A stretch of DNA of 64,000 nucleotides. It comes from an uncultured Aquiluna sp. (GTDB lineage Bacteria > Actinomycetota > Actinomycetes > Actinomycetales > Microbacteriaceae). Positions 10,076 through 18,971 of the stretch are shown here, in pieces. A program made the position numbers and the translations under genes. The notes beneath the pieces were generated by a model that did not search any database, had not been told where the DNA came from, and was given only the letters and a program-made list of their open reading frames with translations. Numbering within the stretch: position 1 is the first letter of the stretch; each line of letters begins with the position of its first letter. Location: NCBI GenBank assembly GCA_913775595.1, contig CAJYLB010000001.1:744001-808000 (forward strand), given 5' to 3'.

Positions 10076-11350
10076 GTGCCAGATTCCTCAAGCGCCTACG
10101 CTGCTCCCCAGTCAGCTGGGTTTAGTGCGACCCTAGAACTTCCTGGCAGCAAGTCACTTACAAACCGAGAACTCGTTCTTTCCGCGCTAGCGGAGGGTCC
10201 TTCAGAGCTTGTTGATCCGCTGATATCCCGCGATACAAAGCTGATGATGGCGGCCCTCGAGAAGCTTGGGGCCCGGTTTGAGCAAAGTGGAAATAGGCTC
10301 TTGGTTACCCCCGGCACCTCCGATGAGGACAGCAGTATTGACTGCGGCCTCGCCGGGACGGTAATGCGATTCGTCCCTCCCCTAGCGGCACTTTCAAAAG
10401 GCCGCATCGAATTTGACGGAGACGCTGCGGCAAGACGCAGGCCAATGATCACCACCATCGACTCGCTTGAGAAGCTAGGCGTTAGCGTCGAGTATGAGCG
10501 CAAAGCTCTTCCCTTCACCGTTTTAGGAAGTGGCGAGGTACCTGGTGGAGAACTGGAGATTGATGCCTCGGCATCCTCCCAATTTGTATCGGGGCTGCTT
10601 CTATGCGCTGCTCGTTTTCAAAATGGTCTGATCTTGACGCACTCTGGCGCTCACCTTCCCTCCATGCCCCACATCGAAATGACGGTCGAGACTCTCAGGA
10701 ACCGTGGTGTGGAAGTTGACCAGATTTCCGAGGCAACTTGGAGGGTAAAGCCAGGTGAAATTTCAGGCTCCGAGGTTCAAATCGAGCCCGATCTATCGAA
10801 CGCGGGCCCCTTTTTGGCCGCGGCTCTGGTAGCGAATGGAACCGTGAGCATCCCCAACTGGCCTGAGAGGACCACGCAGGTGGGATCGCAGTTTGTTGAC
10901 CTACTAGCTCGCATGGGAGCAGAGGTAAGTCTTTCGGGAGGAATACTCACTGTCTCGGGAACAGGAACCATCAGCGGAATCGATGTAGACCTCAGCGAGG
11001 CTGGGGAACTGACGCCAACCATCGCCGCCCTAGCTGCTCTTGCAAGCACTCACAGCAGGCTGACAGGCATCGCTCATCTTCGAGGTCACGAAACCGACCG
11101 AATAGCCGCGCTAGTGGCTGAGATAAATGGCCTGGGGGGTGTTGCAAGCGAGCTGGAGGATGGCATTGCCATCAGCCCGGCCGACCTAACTGGTGGGCTC
11201 TGGCACTCATACGAGGACCACCGGATGGCAACAGCAGGGGCCATCATTGGCTTGAGGGTTGCGGGCGTAGAGATCGATGACATTGCAACAACCTCGAAAA
11301 CCCTTCCCGACTTTGCCGGGATGTGGGAGAAGATGCTGGGACTCAAGTGA
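10076..11350 (+). CDS. aroA: 3-phosphoshikimate 1-carboxyvinyltransferase
   Basis: LPGSKSLTNR, DCGLAGTVMRF, SSQFVSG, HETDR, DHRMA. Confidence 0.97.
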   Translation: MPDSSSAYAAPQSAGFSATLELPGSKSLTNRELVLSALAEGPSELVDPLISRDTKLMMAALEKLGARFEQSGNRLLVTPGTSDEDSSIDCGLAGTVMRFVPPLAALSKGRIEFDGDAAARRRPMITTIDSLEKLGVSVEYERKALPFTVLGSGEVPGGELEIDASASSQFVSGLLLCAARFQNGLILTHSGAHLPSMPHIEMTVETLRNRGVEVDQISEATWRVKPGEISGSEVQIEPDLSNAGPFLAAALVANGTVSIPNWPERTTQVGSQFVDLLARMGAEVSLSGGILTVSGTGTISGIDVDLSEAGELTPTIAALAALASTHSRLTGIAHLRGHETDRIAALVAEINGLGGVASELEDGIAISPADLTGGLWHSYEDHRMATAGAIIGLRVAGVEIDDIATTSKTLPDFAGMWEKMLGLK

Positions 11351-12360
11351 GCTGGCTTTACGAACCAGAGGGCGGCCACGATCTCGACGAGGACGACGTT
11401 CGAATTAGGCCGAACCCCAAAGGATCTCGGCCTAGAACAAAACGAAGACCCAGCTTTGAAAATGCTCCGAGGGGCATGGTCACGCAAGTCCACCTAGCCC
11501 GCTACAAAGTAATCACCGACAGCGGTGTTGAGGTGACTGCAACCCTTGCAAAGGAGCTTCGAAAGGATGGTTGCGTAACCTGCGACCGGGTTGCCCTTGA
11601 TGGTGACGTCACGGGTGAAAAAGGGTCCCTCGCTCGGATAGTAAAGATTGAAGAGCGTTCCAGCGTGCTAACCAGGGCAGCTGAAGATGGCGAGGAAATC
11701 GAGCAGACGATAGTCGCAAATGCCGATCAGCTTGTGATCGTAATGGCAGCTGCCAACCCGGAACCTCGCCCAAGGCTTGTAGATAGATACTTAGTTGCCG
11801 CATACAACGCAGGTCTTAGGCCAATCCTCGTCGTGACAAAGTGCGACGTGGCTGACCCGAGTGAATTTATTGCAGGGTTTGCCGGTGTGGACTTAGAAAT
11901 AATTCAAACTAGGAGCGACAAAGACCTGCCATCGAGCCTGCTAGCGGCCCTGGAGGGCCACACCTCAGTGTTTGTTGGCCACTCTGGAGTGGGAAAGTCA
12001 ACCCTTATCAACAAACTCGCTCCCGACACCGACAGGTCAACCGGAAATGTTAATCAGCTAACTGGAAAGGGGAAGCACACCTCTTCTTCCGCAGTTGCAA
12101 TACAGGTCGCAGGTGGCTGGATTGTGGATACTCCGGGCATCAGAAGCTTCGGACTCAGCGGCATCTCCGCCGGGCAGATCTTGCGAGGGTTCAGTGACCT
12201 AAGCCAGGCAGCAGAGGCCTGCCCGAGAGACTGCTCCCACATGCCACCAGCAACTGACTGCGCGTTAGATGAGGCACTTAGGGAAGGGAAGCTAGCCGAG
12301 CTGAGGTTGGATTCTTTTCGAAGGCTTGTGGCCGGGCTTACCTCGGTAGATTGGCAGTGA
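11347..12360 (+). CDS. rsgA: Ribosome small subunit-dependent GTPase A
   Basis: Circularly permuted GTPase TKCD...GHSGVGKST...DTPG, C-terminal CxxxCxH...C; GTGA overlap with the aroA stop. Confidence 0.95.
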   Translation: MSWLYEPEGGHDLDEDDVRIRPNPKGSRPRTKRRPSFENAPRGMVTQVHLARYKVITDSGVEVTATLAKELRKDGCVTCDRVALDGDVTGEKGSLARIVKIEERSSVLTRAAEDGEEIEQTIVANADQLVIVMAAANPEPRPRLVDRYLVAAYNAGLRPILVVTKCDVADPSEFIAGFAGVDLEIIQTRSDKDLPSSLLAALEGHTSVFVGHSGVGKSTLINKLAPDTDRSTGNVNQLTGKGKHTSSSAVAIQVAGGWIVDTPGIRSFGLSGISAGQILRGFSDLSQAAEACPRDCSHMPPATDCALDEALREGKLAELRLDSFRRLVAGLTSVDWQ

Positions 12361-13127
12361 TGAGCAAAGATCTCGAATTCGCACTCGAACTGGCAGCGAG
12401 CGCCGATGCAATCTCGCTCTCTCGATTTCGGGCACTTGACCTCAGAGTTGAGACCAAACCCGACAGAACGCCCGTTACCGATGCCGATCGGGCGGTTGAG
12501 GAAGCCCTGAGGAACCTCATCGCTGACTACAGCCCTGAAGACACCGTTATTGGCGAGGAGTTCGGCAGCCAGCACGGCAGGCGGGAGTGGATCATCGACC
12601 CGATCGATGGCACAGCCAATTTTCTTAGGGGGCTTCCTATTTGGGCGACACTGATTGCCCTGCGTATTGATGGAGAACTGAGACTGTCAGTTGTGTCGGC
12701 TCCAGCTCTTGGCCGCAGATGGTGGGCAGAGGCGGGGGCAGGTAGCCACACCACCGACATCGATGGCAGTCAGAGGCCCATCAGGGTCTCATCGGTTGCA
12801 AAGCTGGAAGACGCTTTTTTTTCCTTCAACTCAATCTCGCAGTGGGACTCGATTGGCTCCGCTGAAAAGCTGACCGAGCTTTCAAGAAAAGTATGGAAGG
12901 ACAGGGCCTTCGGAGACTTCCTGAGCTACATGTATGTCGCTGAGGGTCTTATTGAAATGGCAGCCGAGCCAGATCTAAAGATTCACGACATCGCAGCGCT
13001 TGTTCCCATCGTGCGTGAGGCAGGTGGTCGATTCACCGCTTTAGATGGTGAACTAAACGAGGACACAAGTGTCGTACTAGCCAGCAACGGCATCCTCCAT
13101 GAGGCCTTCCGAGAGCTTCTCGCCTGA
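12360..13127 (+). CDS. hisN: Histidinol-phosphatase, inositol monophosphatase family
   Basis: KPDRTPVTDAD, GEE, WIIDPIDGT; TGATG overlap with rsgA; usual actinobacterial aroA-rsgA-hisN order. Confidence 0.85.
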   Translation: MSKDLEFALELAASADAISLSRFRALDLRVETKPDRTPVTDADRAVEEALRNLIADYSPEDTVIGEEFGSQHGRREWIIDPIDGTANFLRGLPIWATLIALRIDGELRLSVVSAPALGRRWWAEAGAGSHTTDIDGSQRPIRVSSVAKLEDAFFSFNSISQWDSIGSAEKLTELSRKVWKDRAFGDFLSYMYVAEGLIEMAAEPDLKIHDIAALVPIVREAGGRFTALDGELNEDTSVVLASNGILHEAFRELLA

Positions 13128-13128
13128 G

Positions 13129-14310
13129 ATGCAGCTGAGAACCCAAAAGATTCTTGCGCTGGCAGCCATCGTGCTGCTCGCGCTGAACCTCAGAACGGCC
13201 GTCGGATCACTGTCTCCGGTCGTCAATTACATCCAGCAGGACATAGCCCTTCCAATAGTGACAATAGGGCTGTTGGGCATTGCTGCACCCTTGGCATTTG
13301 CTATCTCCACCTCGCTTGCCTACCGTCCAGCCAGACGCTATGGCGTGGAGATAACTCTTGTGATTACCGTGCTTGCCATTGTTGCTGGACATCTATTTAG
13401 GGCACTGGCCTGGGACTCGACCTCTCTTTTTGTCGGCAGCATGCTCTCCATGCTCGGGATGGGTGTTGGCAACGTGCTTTTACCCGTGCTCGTTAGAAAG
13501 TACTTTGCAAACCGTATCGGGCAGGTCTCCTCGCTGTACATCACAATGACTGCGCTGTCCGCTTCCAGCGGTTCCTTCTTTGCGGTCCCTGTCGCTGAGG
13601 CTGCTGGTTGGAGGCTGTCGCTGGGCCAATGGGCGCTGCTTGCTGCTCTCACCCTGCTTCCGCTGTTAGCTATTCGCTCAAACTCCACAAAGGAGATAAG
13701 AGAGCCAAAGCCCGGAGGCCAAAAGGCCATCTGGCGCTCCCCCACCGCAATCGCAATAGGTGTCGTGCAAGGCATGACGAGCATCTTTGGTTACGTCTCG
13801 TTTGCCTGGCTCCCCATCTTGCTCATAGAGCACAGCGGTGTCACGGAGTTTCAGGGCGGCTCGCTCCTGGCACTGTTTGCCATCATGGGGCTTCCGGTTT
13901 CGCTGATCGTGCCTGTGTTGGCAGATCGCTACCAAAAGTCCCATCCGTTGATTGTCTATTTCTCCGCGGCCATGGGTTCTATCGGCGCTCTAGGGCTGCT
14001 CTTTGGTCCCACCTCAGCCACCTGGATATTTGTAGCCTGCCTCGGCCTGGGACCTACGATGTTCCCTCTGGCACTCACGCTCTTCAACCTCAGGTCAAGA
14101 ACCCGCGGGACCGTATTAGCAGTTAGCGCGTTCGGGCAGGGAGTCAGCTACACAATCGCGACCATCATGGTGTTTCTCGTTGGAATCTTCCGCGAATTCT
14201 CCGGTGGGTGGGAACTGACTCTTTGGTTGTTATTTGTTGTGGCGGCAGGCAGCAGCATCGCAGGTCTGCAGCTTGCAAAGAATCACTACGTGGACGACGA
14301 GCTTGGCTAG
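13129..14310 (+). CDS. MFS transporter, CynX/NimT-like
   Basis: ALNLRTAVGSLSP, GNVLLPVLVRKYF, SAFGQGVSY; about 12 TM segments. Confidence 0.85.
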   Translation: MQLRTQKILALAAIVLLALNLRTAVGSLSPVVNYIQQDIALPIVTIGLLGIAAPLAFAISTSLAYRPARRYGVEITLVITVLAIVAGHLFRALAWDSTSLFVGSMLSMLGMGVGNVLLPVLVRKYFANRIGQVSSLYITMTALSASSGSFFAVPVAEAAGWRLSLGQWALLAALTLLPLLAIRSNSTKEIREPKPGGQKAIWRSPTAIAIGVVQGMTSIFGYVSFAWLPILLIEHSGVTEFQGGSLLALFAIMGLPVSLIVPVLADRYQKSHPLIVYFSAAMGSIGALGLLFGPTSATWIFVACLGLGPTMFPLALTLFNLRSRTRGTVLAVSAFGQGVSYTIATIMVFLVGIFREFSGGWELTLWLLFVVAAGSSIAGLQLAKNHYVDDELG

Positions 14311-14672
14311 TCGAGCGTTACCCCAACACCCTCACAGCGCTGGGTAATTGCACCTAGCGCACTGTCGATCCTGGCCTGCGCATCCTGAGCACCGTCGGAC
14401 TGGGCGAGTGCATCACCAAGCTCTCCGATCTCGGCTGCAAACTCAGTAGACAGCAGAAGATCGACCTGATCCCCAACCAGCTCGTCAATGCGCTCCAGTA
14501 CCCCGGAGTCGACCAGGCCATCTCGATAGGCCTTGGAGACTGTCTCCAGCGTCCCCTCCAGCGCTGTGCAGGCTGCGGCATCTGCTCCGCTTTGAACCAC
14601 GGCGTTGAAGCTGCAACCCGCCAGCAGCAATAGAGCTGAAGCGCCAGCAGTTGAAACTAAAAGCAATCTCAT
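14307..14672 (-). CDS. Hypothetical lipoprotein
   Basis: Signal peptide with lipobox LAGC; acidic, helical-looking body with two further Cys. Confidence 0.7.
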   Translation of the reverse strand: MRLLLVSTAGASALLLLAGCSFNAVVQSGADAAACTALEGTLETVSKAYRDGLVDSGVLERIDELVGDQVDLLLSTEFAAEIGELGDALAQSDGAQDAQARIDSALGAITQRCEGVGVTLD

Positions 14673-14805
14673 CGCCAAAGAGGCTAGCTAGCCAAACCCC
14701 AAATTAGCTGTGAACACAGCGGCAGGCCTGTAATTGTTTGTAATGCAGGAACAAACAGGGGGCCACCTAGTTACACTTCCATGGACTGTAATTCTGGAGA
14801 AACCT

Positions 14806-15756
14806 TTGCGCGTATACGACAACATCACCGAGGTATTCGGCAACACCCCGTTGGTTCGGCTCAACAAGATCACCGATGGTGCGAACGCGCAGGTGTTTGC
14901 CAAGCTCGAGTTCTATAACCCATCCAGCTCGGTAAAGGATCGCCTGGGCATCGCAATGATCAACGAGGCTGAGAAGTCCGGCGAGCTCAAGCCTGGCGGC
15001 ACGATTATCGAGGCAACGAGCGGCAACACCGGTATCTCGCTGGCAATGGTGGGAGCTGCCAGGGGTTACCGCACCATCATCGTCATGCCAGATTCAATGA
15101 GCCTGGAGCGCAAGATTCTGATCCGTGCCTACGGTGCTGAATTGATTCTGACGCCGGCTGCAGAGGGCATGAAGGGTTCTGTTGCCAAAGCCGAAGAGCT
15201 AGGCAAGACAATTGAGGGTGCTGTATTGGTGAGGCAGTTTGAAAACCCGGCAGGTCCAATGATCCACCGCGAGACAACAGCCGAGGAGATCTGGCGTGAC
15301 ACCGACGGCAAGATCGGTGCCTTTGTCGCAGGCAGCGGCACCGGAGGCACCATTACCGGCACCAGCCTGAGGCTCAAGGAGCTAAATCCAGACATCAAGT
15401 GCTACGCAGTTCAGCCCGCAGCCTCTCCACTGCTGACCGGTGGTGAGGCCGCTGGACACCCCCTTGCTGGAATCGGACCAAACTTCATACCCCCGATTCT
15501 TGACACCTCAAGCTATGACGAGGTGCTCAGCGCGCCAAACCAGGTTGCATTCGAGTTCGCTCGCAGGGCATCTGCGGAAGAGGGCATTCTCGCGGGTATC
15601 TCCTCAGGGGCTGCGCTTTGGGCGGCTAGGGAGGTTGCCAACCGCAAGGAGCACGAAGGTCAGATCATTGTCGTCATAGTTCCGTCGTTTGGCGAGAGGT
15701 ATGTTTCCTCCACTCTCTATCGCGACCTTCAAGAGGAATACCAGACGAAAAGTTGA
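14806..15756 (+). CDS. cysK: Cysteine synthase A
   Basis: GNTPLVRL, NPSSSVKDR (PLP Lys), TSGNTG, GSGTGGT; TTG 14806 after GGAGA. Confidence 0.95.
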   Translation: MRVYDNITEVFGNTPLVRLNKITDGANAQVFAKLEFYNPSSSVKDRLGIAMINEAEKSGELKPGGTIIEATSGNTGISLAMVGAARGYRTIIVMPDSMSLERKILIRAYGAELILTPAAEGMKGSVAKAEELGKTIEGAVLVRQFENPAGPMIHRETTAEEIWRDTDGKIGAFVAGSGTGGTITGTSLRLKELNPDIKCYAVQPAASPLLTGGEAAGHPLAGIGPNFIPPILDTSSYDEVLSAPNQVAFEFARRASAEEGILAGISSGAALWAAREVANRKEHEGQIIVVIVPSFGERYVSSTLYRDLQEEYQTKS

Positions 15757-16283
15757 GCATTCGCGAAGACATCAAGGCCGGCCTAGAGCGTGACCCTGCA
15801 ACCAGGAGTGCTCTGGAGCTAATCCTTACCTCTCCAGGCCTGCATGCGATCTGGACCTACCGAATTGCCCACCGGCTCTGGAAGCTCAGGCTCCGGATCC
15901 TCGCTCGCATGCTCTCGAACTGGGCCAAACTTTGGACCTCCATTGAGATCCACCCTGGAGCAGAAATCGGAAAACGCTTTGTGATTGACCACGGTGTCGG
16001 GGTTGTAATAGGAGAAACGGCGGTTATCGGCAATGACGTCCTGGTTTATCACGGCGTCACGCTTGGCGGTAAGACGTTGGATCCCGTGAAGCGACACCCG
16101 ACTGTCGGCGACAGGGTGATCATTGGTGCAGGAGCAAAGCTAATTGGCGCAATCACCATTGGCGATGACTGTGCAATTGGTGCCAACGCAGTGGTCACGA
16201 AGGACATGCCAAAGGGAACGGTTGCCGTGGGTGTAAACGCGCGGCTGCTAAATCTAACCGGAGACGATTTCTACATAATCTGA
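15753..16283 (+). CDS. cysE: Serine O-acetyltransferase
   Basis: RDPA, IEIHPGA, IDHGVGVVIGET, KRHPT hexapeptide repeats; coupled to cysK. Confidence 0.95.
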   Translation: MSIREDIKAGLERDPATRSALELILTSPGLHAIWTYRIAHRLWKLRLRILARMLSNWAKLWTSIEIHPGAEIGKRFVIDHGVGVVIGETAVIGNDVLVYHGVTLGGKTLDPVKRHPTVGDRVIIGAGAKLIGAITIGDDCAIGANAVVTKDMPKGTVAVGVNARLLNLTGDDFYII

Positions 16284-16667
16284 TTTACCGGAGTTCTTGA
16301 AATACATGCAGCTCCAGTTTTTATCTATACCGACCTGACGGGTTCCTTGCATGCCTGCTACCTTCATGAGCTTCCAGGTCTTGTCACGAGACAAGTCCGT
16401 CTGCAGGTGAGGGGCCTTTGGGTAAAAAAGCCAGAAGCTGACCTTTTGCTCCCAAAGCTTGGCAAGCTTTGCCGATTTTTTCTCAAGCTGCTTGGAGTTT
16501 TCTACAAAATAAAAAAGCGATGGCGCGGAACCCTCTGCAACCATCTTCTGAGCCGTCTCGAGATCTGCGGCCCACGGATGAATATCCCCTAGATCAACAT
16601 CTGCTGCCAAGTTCACGCATGGCACCTGAACACCCTGCGGCACATACATCTTGCTCGAAAGTGACAC
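16254..16667 (-). CDS. Conserved hypothetical protein (DUF3052-like WxxYPK...TDLxRD...RQVxIDxxWS pattern)
   Basis: FWLFYPK, TDLSRD, RQVGIDKNWS; TAGAAT 6 nt before GTG. Confidence 0.65.
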   Translation of the reverse strand: MSLSSKMYVPQGVQVPCVNLAADVDLGDIHPWAADLETAQKMVAEGSAPSLFYFVENSKQLEKKSAKLAKLWEQKVSFWLFYPKAPHLQTDLSRDKTWKLMKVAGMQGTRQVGIDKNWSCMYFKNSGKSDYVEIVSG

Positions 16668-16692
16668 GGAGAAATTCTAGGTAACAGGCGCA

Positions 16693-16714
16693 GTTCACCC
16701 AAAGTTCAGCTAGA
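16693..16714 (+). promoter_or_regulatory. PHO-box-like tandem 11-nt direct repeat
   Basis: GTTCACCCAAA GTTCAGCTAGA in an intergenic region. Confidence 0.4.
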
Positions 16715-16734
16715 AAAATTCACTTATCAAACAG

Positions 16735-17367
16735 CTAGTCAATAAGTGGGGCTAGGTAGTAACCATCCAGGGTGCTAGCTGGCCTTGCCTGACCGCCGTG
16801 CCGAGAGGAAAAACTGGCTGTTCCATCGGTGCCACAGAGGCTCAGGATCGCCCCGCTCCCTCCCGGATGGGACCGGATCCAATCTGTGAGGTCATAGACT
16901 CCCCCATCAATTGCGACCCAGCACTCCGCAGCCGAGTCCCTTTCAGAGACTTCGGCAAGGGTATAGCCCTGGAATGTCTCCTCAGCAGTGGGGCTTGGCT
17001 CCGGCTCTGGGGATTGCTCTTGGGTTGGCTCTTGAGAGGGTTCTGGATCCTGGGTTGGCTCTGCATCTTGCGTCTCTCGAGGTTCATCCTCTGACACTGT
17101 TTCTGACTCTGCTTCTGACTCTGCTTCGCTCTCTCGCTCAGACTCATCTTCGTCATTTCGCTCTTCGTCAGAATCCTCGGTGCCCTCTGAATTTGCAGGC
17201 TCTGAGTCTCTAGAACCCTCTTCCTCCGAAGACTCGGCCTCCACATCCATTGAGGAGTCATCTTCGGCCTGCTGGGAGACCTGGGCACTCGGTGCAGCGG
17301 TTTCGGCAGGGTCGGCGGCACAACCGCTAAGTACAAGAAGTGAGGCAACTAATAGTGCGAGGCGCAT
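16735..17367 (-). CDS. Lipoprotein with acidic linker and C-terminal cytochrome b5-like heme-binding domain
   Basis: Lipobox LSGC; YTLAEV...CWVAIDGGVYDLTDWIRSHPGG...F..RH b5 signature. Confidence 0.9.
   Translation of the reverse strand: MRLALLVASLLVLSGCAADPAETAAPSAQVSQQAEDDSSMDVEAESSEEEGSRDSEPANSEGTEDSDEERNDEDESERESEAESEAESETVSEDEPRETQDAEPTQDPEPSQEPTQEQSPEPEPSPTAEETFQGYTLAEVSERDSAAECWVAIDGGVYDLTDWIRSHPGGSGAILSLCGTDGTASFSSRHGGQARPASTLDGYYLAPLID
17101..17127. repeat. 12-bp coding tandem repeat TTCTGACTCTGC x2 (encodes AESE/ESEA units)
   Basis: Seen directly; lies in the acidic linker of the b5 lipoprotein. Confidence 0.7.
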
Positions 17368-17400
17368 GCAGAGAAAAACCGAGAGCGGTCGCCTGTATTC

Positions 17401-18294
17401 CTAGCCGGCCTTTGAAAGCTCTGGTTCGCGCTCTCTGCCGCCCGCAAGAATGAGCCCGATGGTGATTAGCGGTATTCCTACGACCAAACCAATGGTGATC
17501 TGCTCCCCCAAAAAGATGATGCCGAGCGACAGGGCAACAGCGGTATTGACGTATGTAATCAGCGTCGCCTTTGCAGGCCCAACCTCTTTGATGAGCATGA
17601 AGAAAATAACGAATGCTGCCGCAGAGCAAACCAGGCCAAGCACCACAACAGCCATGATGCTCACCCCACTTGCACCCATAAGCTCGGCGGGAAGCTTTGG
17701 AAGCGAAAACGGTGAATAAACGATCGCGACAAACGCCATGCTTACCCCGATTACACCGGCAGAGGGAACATCGTGCAGTTTGATGTTTGCAACTATCGGC
17801 GCAATTGAATACCCAACTGCAGCCAAAACAACCATCAGCACATAAAGCGGGTTTACGGCTCCCGTCACCGAGTCAATCCCTACGAGCGTGAACACCCCGA
17901 TGAATCCGATGATCATTCCCGATAAGGGCTTCGCCCTAAGGGCCTTGCGATCTTTCAGAAAGATTGCCAAGACGGCAACGGCAAAAAATGGCACTGTCGC
18001 AATCAGCAGACCCGCCAACCCAGAGGAGATGTGTTTTTCCGCCTCTGTGATTAGGAACCAGGGCCCAACCATCTCAACGGCCCCAAACACCAGGACATAG
18101 GGCCATGCCCTGAGGGCAGGCTTTAGGCCTCCAGTCATGGCGGCATAAGGAATAAGCACCACGGCGCCGAGAAAGGTTCTGAGGAACACGATCGATGGGG
18201 TGGAGAAGCTCTCAAGTGCGAGAGCGATAAAGAAGTATGGGAGCCCCCAAAACACCCCTGCCAGGGAAAACAGAACGATGCCTTTTTGACTCAC
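17401..18294 (-). CDS. DMT/EamA family transporter
   Basis: Two EamA repeats, FWGLPY, ISSGLAGLLIATVP; start GTG 18294, 6 nt after TACGAT. Confidence 0.9.
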   Translation of the reverse strand: MSQKGIVLFSLAGVFWGLPYFFIALALESFSTPSIVFLRTFLGAVVLIPYAAMTGGLKPALRAWPYVLVFGAVEMVGPWFLITEAEKHISSGLAGLLIATVPFFAVAVLAIFLKDRKALRAKPLSGMIIGFIGVFTLVGIDSVTGAVNPLYVLMVVLAAVGYSIAPIVANIKLHDVPSAGVIGVSMAFVAIVYSPFSLPKLPAELMGASGVSIMAVVVLGLVCSAAAFVIFFMLIKEVGPAKATLITYVNTAVALSLGIIFLGEQITIGLVVGIPLITIGLILAGGREREPELSKAG

Positions 18295-18374
18295 CACGCA
18301 ATCGTAGTAGCAGTGGCAGTCCAGAATGTGCCCACCAGCTTGCATTTTTGTCTAGTACCCCTAGACTTATTTGC

Positions 18375-18971
18375 ATGACCAACTCAATCGTCCACAAACC
18401 TGCAAACACCACCGCCCAGCTCCACCCCCTAGTCGCCGACCGCTGGAGCCCAAGAATCTACGATCCTGCCCACAGCGTTTCTAAGGGCGAGCTTGAGAGC
18501 ATAGGTGAGGCATTCCGCTGGGCACCCTCATCTTCCAACCAACAGCCTTGGAAGCTTGCACTGCTAACAAGAGGCGGAGAGCTATTTGATGCGGTTGCAA
18601 AGAGCGGTCTCACCGGCTTCAACCAGACCTGGGCCCCTAATGCCTCAGTGCTGGCAGTGGTTATGGCAGCAAAGACTTTCGAGGGCAAAGCGAGAGACAT
18701 GTCAGCCACCTACTTTGACGTCGGACTTGCTGCGAGCCAGCTGGTAACCCAAGCCGAGAGCATGGGGCTCAAGTCCCACTACATGGGTGGAATCGTCCCA
18801 GAGGCCATTGTCGAAACACTAAATGTTCAAGACCATGAGGTGGTCTGCGTGATTGCAATCGGCAAGCAGGGCTCCACTGAGGGCCAAGACCAGGCAATTG
18901 TTGACAGAGAGAATCTCGAAAGAACCCGCATCAGTCCAGGTGATGTCTACCTGATCGACAGAGCCCTTTAG
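18375..18971 (+). CDS. Nitroreductase family protein
   Basis: RWSPR, WAPSSSNQQPW, FDVGLA, HYMGG; ATG 7 nt after TAGACT. Confidence 0.9.
   Translation: MTNSIVHKPANTTAQLHPLVADRWSPRIYDPAHSVSKGELESIGEAFRWAPSSSNQQPWKLALLTRGGELFDAVAKSGLTGFNQTWAPNASVLAVVMAAKTFEGKARDMSATYFDVGLAASQLVTQAESMGLKSHYMGGIVPEAIVETLNVQDHEVVCVIAIGKQGSTEGQDQAIVDRENLERTRISPGDVYLIDRAL

Noticed and set aside
16940..17270. Repetitive DNA as CRISPR or VNTR; overlapping ORFs 16798-17094, 16842-17348, 16911-17213
   Set aside because: Explained by the low-complexity linker of the b5 lipoprotein; no repeat-spacer periodicity.
13129..18971. cynX-like MFS, lipoprotein, cysKE, DUF, cytochrome b5, DMT and nitroreductase as one novel system or island
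   Set aside because: Mixed orientations, separate promoters, no mobility genes or boundary repeats; more likely independent genes gathered by rearrangement.
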